Source: Eutreptiella sp. 'Long Island Sound 2002'
Lineage: Eukaryota; Protista; Euglenida
NCBI GenBank assembly: GCA_964036045.1
Contig: OZ038379.1
Span: forward strand, 6,944,001 to 7,008,000
DNA: 64,000 nucleotides
Direction of reading: 5' to 3'
The notes under the pieces are model-generated. The model searched no databases, was not told the DNA's origin, and was given only the letters and a program-made list of their open reading frames with translations. Position numbers and translations under genes: made by a program. Below, in pieces: positions 12,979 to 21,721 of the stretch; within the stretch, counting starts at the first letter, position 1; each line of letters starts with the position of its first letter.

Positions 12979-14015
12979 TCAATTCAAAGATTCAAAGATT
13001 TTCCGTTTTGCATGAAGGACAAAATCTTGCAAAGGGAACACGTGAGCTACAACCACAATTGGGCCCATTCTCTCCGTATGTCCCCATGGCCGTACCAAGA
13101 GGACGCAAAAGTTTCGCCGAGTCGCTTCTTCCTCCCAAGTCACTAGGTTCCCGGGGAGTGCTAGAGCAGGGATTTGCCATGCCGACCAACCACATGGCCG
13201 TATTGGAGAGTCGTGTTCATATTTTTTCACTAGTGACCACCGTTTGCGGCTGAACTGGGTTTTTGAACGATTTTGCAGGCACGACGTCATGCGCTATGCA
13301 CAGCAGCGGCGAACCATCCGCTTTCGTTTGAATTGGCATCAAAAGTGCGATATCTTGGACTTTTGCACTCAATGGTGGAGGGTGGATTGGCTTGCATTGT
13401 GTGGATGTCGCTATCACTTGAAGTGGTTTCCCTTACTGGCATTGCACAATTTGAGAACGGAGAAGGCTCTTTTACCACTTGTCACGGGTGCAGCCCGGAT
13501 GCATTTTATTTGAGAACATTTTCATCAGCTCTCCCCCATTGAAGCCCGCATCCTTACTTTTCCGCTTGTAGCAGCTGCTAACCTGTGCGTGGCACCAAAT
13601 TTTGGTTTTGTTTGGTTTTGGTTTTGGCCGACCCTTGCGGGCGCGGGTAAAATTTTGATCCCATCCTACGGAAGGCTCGAGAAGGTATTCCTTCTGCCTC
13701 GGGAGACTTCGCGATTGCCGAAGAGTTGGCGTGCCCCAAATGACAAATTGTTTATGGTATAGATGCGATGCCATTCAAACTGAGACGTCCAAGGGTCGTC
13801 CATTTTCCTGTTTTCAATCCCTTTTGTACCGTGCCCCCCATCAGATTATTGGTGTTGAGACCAGCAGCACATGGGGCACCGCATTTTGCTGTCTATATCG
13901 AGTTCCATGTCTTTGAGCTTTTGAGCGCTGCTCGCTTGCTTTGCATTGTGTTGTACAATTCACCCTTCCATGTACTATCCGGGTGAATTTGAACACACCT
14001 CCTAATTGGGAGCCT
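12979..14015 (-). repeat. Right arm of the large inverted repeat, part 1 (up to the retrotransposon insertion)
   Basis: Reverse complement of ~9956-10932. Confidence 0.92.
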
Positions 14016-14084
14016 CGTGTTTTGTGCTTGCTCAAAACACGGGTTTAACTTAATTACCTCTTCATTAGGCATTTGTCAGTTTGT
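14016..14084 (+). repeat. Split direct repeat A1 (left terminus)
   Basis: 69 bp, 2 mismatches to A2 at 18790-18858. Confidence 0.92.
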
Positions 14085-14096
14085 TCCCTTTTTGCC

Positions 14097-14954
14097 ATGT
14101 CTGGGCTTCACGGGAGCAGTGGGATGCAAGAGGACGCAATTTTTGTGTCCGACGATTCACACGCGGAATCGGGTACGGCCAAGGAATTGGCCGAGTTGAA
14201 GGCCATGCTCCGTCGACAGGATGCGGAGGTGGAGCGCTTGAGGGTACAATTAGCCGCCACGGAGATTGAAAAGCGCAAGGACACGGAAATCCCGGACCTC
14301 AACTTGGATGGGATAGAGGAGTTTTTGAAGAAGGAAAGAGTCACGGTTTGGATGAAGGATGCATGTGCGGTATTAAAGAAGTATGTGACGGCGGTTCCGA
14401 AGCCGAGTAGGCCAGCAGACGTGGGAGGTAAGCAAGGAGAACAATTAAGTCTCGGAGATGCGTTGGCGTACAGAATGTGGAAAGTCCTCATTGTTGCACA
14501 TGCGACTTACGTGAAGAGGTATTCGCCGGGACAAGCATCGGGGCCCAAAGGAAAGTCGGAAAATTTTGATGAGGCCATGGCGAGTGGCGGGGATTCCTGG
14601 AGATATATAACTGCTAAGATCTGTTCACATAGACGCGTACGTGTTGAAATCTCAACACGTACGCGTTGGTTTTTTCTTTGTTGGAAATTTGTCATTTTTC
14701 ATGCAAAATTCATGTGTGGGGTATCACCTTACCCAACCCAACCCCTCTTTGCCCTTTCCCTACACCACTGGGTGCCACTGCAAACATTGCCGACCGTAGG
14801 TCGCCTTCTCCCTCTGCAGAGTGTCCCGAAAACCATACTGAATTTCCCAAAACAAGAGTATTCAATTCAAGAAACGGGACGGGGTAGCCTACTGGTTATC
14901 CAAGGCCGGAGACTGGATACCGGTGGACGCACAACCCAGCGAAGATTGCCGTAG
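14097..14954 (+). CDS. Putative gag-like ORF1 of the YR retrotransposon
   Basis: First ATG after A1. Predicted coiled-coil (ELAELKAMLRRQDAEVERLRVQLAATEIEK) followed by a helical region. Position matches ORF1 of this element class. The 3' third (after ~14600) looks less protein-like. Confidence 0.55.
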   Translation: MSGLHGSSGMQEDAIFVSDDSHAESGTAKELAELKAMLRRQDAEVERLRVQLAATEIEKRKDTEIPDLNLDGIEEFLKKERVTVWMKDACAVLKKYVTAVPKPSRPADVGGKQGEQLSLGDALAYRMWKVLIVAHATYVKRYSPGQASGPKGKSENFDEAMASGGDSWRYITAKICSHRRVRVEISTRTRWFFLCWKFVIFHAKFMCGVSPYPTQPLFALSLHHWVPLQTLPTVGRLLPLQSVPKTILNFPKQEYSIQETGRGSLLVIQGRRLDTGGRTTQRRLP

Positions 14955-15021
14955 ATGCACGGCGGCGGGAAAGCTGGAGAACTTGCGGTACTGGTGTTTC
15001 CGGTGCCCATTGTGGTCGTGA

Positions 15022-16740
15022 CGAGAAAACCCGTGGCGGTATCGGGATGCCGTCGCGGGGATCGAACCACCGGGAGAGCAGAGGCCGACGTACCGGTGGT
15101 TGGCGCTTGAGTTTGAGTCGCACCGACGTGAGGAAGAACCCACAACACCTGTGGGTGTTGCAATTCGGGGTTGGAAGCCGTCTACGACGGCTGGATACGC
15201 GTCCAGTTTGCGAAGGTTGGGAGACCTTGAGGAATCCTTGGGAGAAGAGGGCAACTTGCCTTCCATCCTATCTCGGAAACTCGCTCAGCACGTTCAAAAT
15301 GGTGGCAGCTCAAGTGGGGCGAGAGGCATCATCTCGGTAGTGCGGGCTTGTGAAGACCTCCAAATGGCTGCAGGGGTCGTCAAACCACTGCATTGGCGGC
15401 TTGCTAAAGCGGGGGCCCAAGCGGGAGTCCAAGAATATGCAAGTCCTGTACTGCTGCGTCATTTGGTGGATAGAACGACTTCGGATGGCGAAAGGGCGGT
15501 CGTGGCAATGGCCCTGGTGTCATATGTTTGTTTTCTTAGAGTGGCGGAGGCTGCTAGCGTACGTGTTGGGGATGTACGTGACAGCAGTTATTTGGTTTTT
15601 TGGAATAGTAAGACAGGACATGAAGGGTGGCAGAGGAGGCCGGTGCCTCCTTGGGTCAGGCCGTTTGTTGAGTGGCTTCACGACTGGGCTGAGGGACGAG
15701 GGTGCGCCAGGGACGACTTGCTCTTTCCTGCAGGGGCTCCTCAGCTCGAGAAAACAATGGCGGACTTGGTGCGTGGGACGGCATGGTCCCGACATCGGTG
15801 GCACTGTTTCCGACGTGGAGGAGCTGCAGCGTGCTGGAAGAGAGGACCGGCCCTGCCTCATTTTAAATGGTGGGGCAGATGGGCAGCAACGGCGACGGCA
15901 ATGGCGTATGCGCTTGGGTACCGAGATGAAGAGGTTGTGGCCCCGCTTTGTCTACCACAGGTTTGGGGTTCCGTATCAGCGGCAGCTTTCGCGGATCCGC
16001 AGCAAGTATGGGGAGACATCATGTTCGATGAGCGGCATCAGGACAAAAACCGGCCGGTGTGGGGCCGGAGCGAGCGACGCCGAGCAGCGCCCAGTATGTT
16101 CAGGGGTAAGAGATTTGCAGGGGAACCGAGATCTGATGCGGCAGACTTGGGCAGTTCATCGGAGGACACGGGATCAGGAGTATCGGCCGATGATGGGCCG
16201 AGTGTGCGTTCGGGTGTCCGGAGGACTGCAGAGGTTGTTCCAGCGCCAGAGGCAAGAAGGAGTTCAAGAGCAGGACCGACGATGGGGAGGCCAGGTGTCG
16301 CTGAGCGGGGACTTGCGGGTCCTGCCGGTCCACTCCCCAGCGGGGGATCGGATGCCAGCGATGCAGCGAGTGCTGGGCAGCAAGTGCCCGGCAATGGAGG
16401 AGAGAGGGCAAAGTTCAGATTCACGGCGCCGCCGCCGGGACGACCAAAGGCGCCAACGAAGTCGGGGCCATGGCGGTCAGCCGCTGAGCCTGCCCGAGGG
16501 CACCGAGGAGTCAAGCGTACGGTGGGTGGCAGAGCCCTTTCAGTACCAGCAGGCCGGAAGGGTGGCGCGGCGGTGGCGGTGGCGACGCCTTCAACGAGAC
16601 GCCCGGTTACCACAAGGGTGGCGGGAGCTACACGACGACCGCGGCACAGCGATGGAGAGTCCGGACCGGGACGGAAGCGATCCAGGACTCTACCCAGTGG
16701 AGCCGGCAGCACCAGGGGGGGGGCTCGCCAGCAACGGTGA
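15022..16740 (+). CDS. Tyrosine recombinase (ORF2)
   Basis: Catalytic set present: R (FLRVAEA), K (FWNSKTG), HxxR (HCFRRGG), W (KWWGRW), Y (MAYA). Frame is open from 15022 after a TGA at 15019-15021. The tail after ~16000 is low-complexity and overlaps ORF3. Confidence 0.9.
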   Translation, partial: RENPWRYRDAVAGIEPPGEQRPTYRWLALEFESHRREEEPTTPVGVAIRGWKPSTTAGYASSLRRLGDLEESLGEEGNLPSILSRKLAQHVQNGGSSSGARGIISVVRACEDLQMAAGVVKPLHWRLAKAGAQAGVQEYASPVLLRHLVDRTTSDGERAVVAMALVSYVCFLRVAEAASVRVGDVRDSSYLVFWNSKTGHEGWQRRPVPPWVRPFVEWLHDWAEGRGCARDDLLFPAGAPQLEKTMADLVRGTAWSRHRWHCFRRGGAAACWKRGPALPHFKWWGRWAATATAMAYALGYRDEEVVAPLCLPQVWGSVSAAAFADPQQVWGDIMFDERHQDKNRPVWGRSERRRAAPSMFRGKRFAGEPRSDAADLGSSSEDTGSGVSADDGPSVRSGVRRTAEVVPAPEARRSSRAGPTMGRPGVAERGLAGPAGPLPSGGSDASDAASAGQQVPGNGGERAKFRFTAPPPGRPKAPTKSGPWRSAAEPARGHRGVKRTVGGRALSVPAGRKGGAAVAVATPSTRRPVTTRVAGATRRPRHSDGESGPGRKRSRTLPSGAGSTRGGARQQR

Positions 16741-18679
16741 CCAGCCCCTGGGCTCCCCCTTGAGAGTGCCTGGGATTCTGGGGGGTTGGGTGGGCGCGGA
16801 GGCTGGCCTGCATCTTAAAGGTGGAATTCTCCTGACCATCATGGCTGTGCTGACCCAACACTTCTGGTGGCTCAAGTGTAGGCTACAGTGTGCAGTAGGG
16901 GTTCTGGTGCGTCGTCTGTGGATACTGTTGAATCGCATTATTTCTGTTTGTGAGGACTTTCGGTTGGATGAGCCACTGGGGATTTGCCTGATGGCAGTAC
17001 AGTACCTCTCGCCAGGGGTTTGGGATTCTGTTAATCACCTCTCCACCTCTCCCAAGCCTAGGGAAGCGAAGGTCACCCCGGAGATTTTGGAGGCTGGTAT
17101 AGGTAATGTGGGGTGCTATGCGATGTCTGAAGCGGAATGGGATGCTGCGGTGCCCCCGGAGTTTTTGGAATTCATGAGAACTTTTGATCTGCGGGAGGCT
17201 GACAGGGGAAATGGGAGGGTGCGAGCAACGGTGAGTGGAATGACGGACGCCATTCGAAGGACTGGTGTTTTACATGATGAATCACCCTCTCTACCGCCAA
17301 CCTGTTTTCCTTTTGTAATACCCAAAAATGATATTAAGCGCTCCTTGATTTTAAGTTGCGTGGGTATTCACAGGGGATTGCATCTCAAGCCACCAAAGTT
17401 TTCACTAGCGTCTTGGGAGGGAATAGGTAGATGGATGGCGGAGCAGCCGGCTGGGGTGGAACTGTACGGTACTCATATCGACCTCTCTAATGCCTTCTGG
17501 TCGTTCCTGTTACCCAGAAAAGCGAGGCGAATTTTCCGCTTCTTTACCCACCAGAAGGGGGGGCTCGTGTCGCTGGACCGCCTCCCGTTTGGGTGGGCCT
17601 TTTCGCCCTATCTGTGTCAGGAGATATTGGGGCGGGTGGTGGGAGATGCAGTGCCGGATGGGGTCTTTTTGGTGCATTACTTGGATGACTTTATTTTGTT
17701 ATCCAGCGACAAACCCCTGCTTGGGACAACCACGAGTCACTTGAAAGATCGTATCGTGCGGGCGGGATTCTTGGTTAGTGCTAAGAGCACACTGAGCCCC
17801 GTCCAGAAGCTACAGGCCTTGGGGAAGGTGGTTGATTTGAAAGAACGTTCCATCCAAGTGCAGCCTTTTGTGTTCCTCCAGTTCCTGGTTGCGTGGTTGC
17901 GACTGGCCACGGGGGCGTACTCGAAGCGGCGGCTGGACAAGCTGCTGGGTACCCTGCAGTGGCATTTAGGGCCACGACGCGGGTTTTCAGGGGTGCTCGC
18001 AGGAGCGTATGCCTGGTCGAGATTTGGACCGGAAAGGGCGCCAGCCACCCCTGTTAAAGTGTTGGAGGGATTGGCGACAGCAATTGCGCGCATAGGCCAG
18101 AAGTGGAGACCGCTGTCGGAGTCGCGCATGCGAAGGGTACGGCAGCTGGGAGGTTGGTGCCTCTCTGAAAGGCCGGCATCTAGAGGCGATTTGTTTGGGG
18201 CTGTGATATTGGTGGATGCCGCCAAAGACGGTGTTTGCTACAGGGTGGGTGGTGTGTTGCCTGCTAACCAGTCTGTGCGAACATGGGTATGCCCGGACGG
18301 ACCCTGTAACCAGCAGGTGGCGGAGCTCATGGGCATAGCGTGGGCGGTGAGATTGGCGGTGCGGTTGGGTTGGAAGGTTTTCACTGTCTTCGCCGACAGT
18401 ATGGTGGGCATTGCTCAGGTGAGGGGTTTGAAGGCAGCATCCCATCTGCGTACCCAGTTGCGTGTGTTGCGCGCACTGACGTGGGTGCTGTATAACACAG
18501 GAGTGATAGTACGTCTAATTTGGGTGCCGTCAGAGCTTCATCCTGCCGATCCAATGAGTCGAGTGGACATGGATTTCGGGGGGCGGGTGCACCAAGCTGA
18601 GTTGGAGGCGTGGGAGAGATGGCGAGTATTGCAGAAGTATCCTGAACTCTGCTGGGTGCAAGGCCTAGCTTATGTATGA
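15350..18679 (+). CDS. Reverse transcriptase-RNase H (ORF3); catalytic core ~17150-18679
   Basis: RT motifs FPFVIPKND, HIDLSNAFW, RLPFGWAFSP, HYLDDFIL, LQALGKVVD. RNase H motifs LVDAAKDG, QVAELMG, FADSMV, WVPSELHPADPMSR. No internal stops. True start uncertain. Confidence 0.93.
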   Translation: MKTSKWLQGSSNHCIGGLLKRGPKRESKNMQVLYCCVIWWIERLRMAKGRSWQWPWCHMFVFLEWRRLLAYVLGMYVTAVIWFFGIVRQDMKGGRGGRCLLGSGRLLSGFTTGLRDEGAPGTTCSFLQGLLSSRKQWRTWCVGRHGPDIGGTVSDVEELQRAGREDRPCLILNGGADGQQRRRQWRMRLGTEMKRLWPRFVYHRFGVPYQRQLSRIRSKYGETSCSMSGIRTKTGRCGAGASDAEQRPVCSGVRDLQGNRDLMRQTWAVHRRTRDQEYRPMMGRVCVRVSGGLQRLFQRQRQEGVQEQDRRWGGQVSLSGDLRVLPVHSPAGDRMPAMQRVLGSKCPAMEERGQSSDSRRRRRDDQRRQRSRGHGGQPLSLPEGTEESSVRWVAEPFQYQQAGRVARRWRWRRLQRDARLPQGWRELHDDRGTAMESPDRDGSDPGLYPVEPAAPGGGLASNGDQPLGSPLRVPGILGGWVGAEAGLHLKGGILLTIMAVLTQHFWWLKCRLQCAVGVLVRRLWILLNRIISVCEDFRLDEPLGICLMAVQYLSPGVWDSVNHLSTSPKPREAKVTPEILEAGIGNVGCYAMSEAEWDAAVPPEFLEFMRTFDLREADRGNGRVRATVSGMTDAIRRTGVLHDESPSLPPTCFPFVIPKNDIKRSLILSCVGIHRGLHLKPPKFSLASWEGIGRWMAEQPAGVELYGTHIDLSNAFWSFLLPRKARRIFRFFTHQKGGLVSLDRLPFGWAFSPYLCQEILGRVVGDAVPDGVFLVHYLDDFILLSSDKPLLGTTTSHLKDRIVRAGFLVSAKSTLSPVQKLQALGKVVDLKERSIQVQPFVFLQFLVAWLRLATGAYSKRRLDKLLGTLQWHLGPRRGFSGVLAGAYAWSRFGPERAPATPVKVLEGLATAIARIGQKWRPLSESRMRRVRQLGGWCLSERPASRGDLFGAVILVDAAKDGVCYRVGGVLPANQSVRTWVCPDGPCNQQVAELMGIAWAVRLAVRLGWKVFTVFADSMVGIAQVRGLKAASHLRTQLRVLRALTWVLYNTGVIVRLIWVPSELHPADPMSRVDMDFGGRVHQAELEAWERWRVLQKYPELCWVQGLAYV

Positions 18680-18730
18680 CGCCCACCTGGGTCGCGCCGC
18701 GGGTGTCAGAAGCCAGCCTGGTAAAGCTTT

Positions 18731-18858
18731 CCAGTGAGCCGAGGCAAGCATTGTTTAGTATTGTTTCGTGCATGCACTAGGGTTAAACTCGTGTTTTGAG
18801 CTTGCTCAAAACACTGGTTTAACTTAATTACCTCTTCATTAGGCATTTGTCAGTTTGT
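18731..18858 (+). repeat. Internal B1-A2 junction (copy of right end fused to left end)
   Basis: B1 18731-18789 is identical to B2 19248-19306 and is followed immediately by A2 (18790-18858), which matches A1. Confidence 0.93.
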
Positions 18859-19247
18859 CCCCCCCCCCCCACCCCCTGCCACTAATCGGGGCGGGTTTCT
18901 GCCACACTTCATAGCTGTTTTGTGGAGTGGGAGCGGTGGGATGTCCAGCTTAAGAGCGACAGTAGTGGGCGCAGGGGGGGGGTTTGAAGGTGAGAGGGTG
19001 GCCTGCTCTGACCCCACCCACCCACCCCCTGCCGCGATTGAGTTACATCCGCGCATGACCAGCTATGATGGGCAGGGACGGGGCACTGTATGTTGAATGT
19101 ATCTTTGCTTTCGTCGGCGGGACATGACAGAATACGCGGGTGAGTGAGTGCGTGAACGTGTGGGTATTGGTCGGGTCCCCTGCGGGGAGGCGAACGCTGT
19201 CGGTCACAACGATGTTATACTGGCCACTACGGTGGCAACTGAACAGG

Positions 19248-19306
19248 CCAGTGAGCCGAGGCAAGCATTGTTTAGTATTGTTTCGTGCATGCACTAGGGT
19301 TAAACT
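19248..19306 (+). repeat. Split direct repeat B2 (right terminus)
   Basis: 59 bp identical to 18731-18789. Confidence 0.93.
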
Positions 19307-19646
19307 TAAGGTTTTGTATTTGTCTCTTGAAGCAAGGATGAACATAAACCATCTGAGTGTCACGCATCATGAAGCTTTGAGGACATGGATGGGCTGCATG
19401 TGTCTCACCCGCATATTGTGCTTTGGAATCAACGCAAAATGATGGAGTGCAAGCACCGATGTTAGTAGCAAGTGTCATAAAGTTCAATTGCATAGTACGT
19501 AGGTGTTTGCCCTCATGCTGTAAATGCTAAAGGGAGGGCATTTCAATACTTTTGCACCCACCGTAAACCCAATTGTCTGCTCGTGCCGCTACTCCGCAGC
19601 TACTCCGCAAAAGTTCTTGTGTCATGACGCTACGCTTGTTAGTTCA
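19307..19646 (-). repeat. Right arm of the large inverted repeat, part 2 (after the insertion)
   Basis: Reverse complement of ~9616-9955; resumes at taaggttttgtatttg exactly where part 1 broke off. Confidence 0.92.
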
Positions 19647-19826
19647 CAAAATCATTGTTTTCCATTATTTAAATTATGTATTATGTATGTTCATGTATTA
19701 CATATTATTCATTTCGTTTATTTACATGTAAAACGTGCAAGTAACCCGTTTTACCGGCACGAAAACGGGCTATTAACCCGTTTTTCTCGGCCATGTAACC
19801 CGTTTTACTGCCGAAAAAATAGGTGC

Positions 19827-20399
19827 TGTTTCTATTTTGTTTTTGGTTGCAAAGGCAATGCCATAGACTCCGGGTACCATGGACGCATCCCTACAACCCT
19901 TGGACTCGAGTCCGGAGACTCCACCCCAATAGGCTATGGTCCGACAGTCCAATCCCCCATCGTCCTCAGCATATGTATGCCTTGCAACAGAAGACATATT
20001 AAGGATGACTCTATGTATCTGGCATATTCATCACCAAGACCATGTCTTATGTGACTGCACTACATTTGGTACCGAATTCAAGTAGGTTTGAAATAAATAC
20101 GGTCCCTACTTACTGTGGCATGGACAAGGGCGTGGCTATGACAAAGGCGAGGGGTACCTTGTTTGACACAGCCACCTACCATGAGCTACTGCATCACTAC
20201 TACGGAAACCTACTATGGAAAGGCACACAAACGGTGTTGTTTCTATTTTGTTCCTAGTTGCAAAGGCAATGCCTCAGACTCCGGGTACCATGGACGCATC
20301 CCTACAACCCTTGGACTCGAGTCCGGAGACTCCACCCCAATAGGCTATGGTTCGACAGTCCAATCCCCCATCGTCCTCAGCATATGTTTGCCTTGCAAC
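19827..20399. repeat. 162-bp direct repeats (19827-19988 and 20238-20399) flanking a 249-bp unique core
   Basis: tgtttctattttgtt...gactccgggtaccatggacgcatccctacaaccc...ccttgcaac repeated at 411-bp period. Confidence 0.88.
20086..20233 (+). pseudogene. Possible M1-type (gluzincin) metallopeptidase exon fragment
   Basis: FEINTVPTYCGMDKGVAMTKARGTLFDTATYHELLHHYYGNLLW resembles the M1 pattern GxME...HExxHxxxGNL. AG at 20084-20085 and GT at 20234-20235. Short and isolated. Confidence 0.35.
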
Positions 20400-20786
20400 G
20401 CCAAGCGCAGGGAGCAAAAATTCAGAAGTGGTCCCCAACAAAGGGGAGCAAAATCAGAAGTGGCTACCTCACCCCTGCCTTCTCGGGGGCCAAAAAGGGG
20501 GCGGAAATGCTATGGTGCCCCTGCATTCTCGGGGATCCCCAACGCCAAGCGCGGGGAGCAAAAATTCAGAAGTGGTCACCAACAAAGGGGAACAAAATCA
20601 GAAGTGGCTACCTCACCCCTGCCTTCTCGGGGGCCCAAAAGAGGGCGGGTATGCTTTGTCACCCCATTCTCGGGGATCCCCAACACCAAGCGCGGGGAGC
20701 AAAAATTCAGAAGTGGTCCCCAATAAAGTAGAACTAAATCAGAAGTGGCTACCTCACCCCTGCCTTCATGGGGGCCCAAAAGAGGG
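20397..20786. repeat. ~143-bp tandem satellite, about 2.7 copies
   Basis: aacgccaagcgc.gggagcaaaaattcagaagtggtccccaacaaaggggagcaaaatcagaagtggctacctcacccctgccttctcggggg units at 20397, 20541 and 20682. Confidence 0.9.
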
Positions 20787-21721
20787 TGACGTATTCTTTG
20801 TGGCGTTTTGGCGACATTCTCGAATCCCCTCGTAATTCCATTTGAGTCCACACGGGCAAGGGAATGGTGACACAAGTGGGCGGTCAGGTTCACGCAAGCC
20901 GGGGGTCAGAACCCGCTCCCCAGTCGCCACGTGTGAAACCGAAACAGGGCATTCCCGCAGACATACAAATGAACCCACGAGGCACACGCAGAGCGTTGCT
21001 AAAGGGTGGGGCTGAGCTGTGCGGGGGGGACCCCAACCCCGCAGAGGATTGTGAGGCCTTTGTCTTCACATGGGACGGGGCACAACAAACCCGACTGAAA
21101 CCCCCCGTTCCCAGAAGACCAACAAATGCCATACTACTGCAGCTGTACATTGGGGGGGGGGGGGGGTGGCAGGACAGGGCAGACAGGGGACTAGGGCCCG
21201 AACCCACTCCCATGTCCCATCTCCACCCGCGCTTCTTATTGCCATCCCTGACCGTCCTTGTCGGCCAATGGACAATGCGGCCCAATCACTTACCGGGGGC
21301 TTTGGGGGGGGTGTTAGATCCCCCCCACCCCACCCCCCACCCGCGAGATGTTGAGTTGTGAAGCAAAATTCTGGGCACCCGCCTAAAATGGTAAAAAAAA
21401 ATCAACCAATTGAAGACAGCCTTTGACGAAGGTGTGGGGGTCTGTAAAGGGGGGACGGGGTGCGGACGTACTCCGCGGCCGCCATCTCCATCGTGGCTAA
21501 GCGCCAGTGAACATCAAAGCCCAGAGGAACCCACGCCCACGGCAGGTATTCGTCTCCGCAAAGCACGGGGTCTCTGGGGCTGAGGTGATCGTACAGTCGA
21601 CGTGCTCCAGGACCCCTACAAGCTGCCCCATGACTGCCAAGCGGTGGATACCGATGCCTTCGACTTCATCCAGCGTCATCTCAAAGCACGACCAACCCTA
21701 GGTGCACCCGGGGGGCCTCTA

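Larger units (their letters stand above)
14016..19306 (+). mobile_element. Tyrosine-recombinase (DIRS-order) retrotransposon, VIPER/TATE-like gene order, with split direct repeats
   Basis: gag-like ORF, YR ORF and RT-RNaseH ORF in that order. Terminal repeats A1 (14016-14084), B1 (18731-18789), A2 (18790-18858) and B2 (19248-19306). Both ends are defined to the base by comparison with the empty site in the left inverted-repeat arm. Confidence 0.93.

Noticed and set aside
9769-13986. Identical ORFs on opposite strands in the inverted-repeat arms as duplicated genes
   Set aside because: Short, with no recognisable motifs or coding bias; identity simply reflects the inverted repeat.
20397-20786. 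Tandem arrays (143-bp here; also 18-bp at 46706, 31-bp at 38934, 65-bp at 63287) as CRISPR arrays
   Set aside because: No constant repeat with unique spacers, no cas genes, and a eukaryotic intron-containing context.
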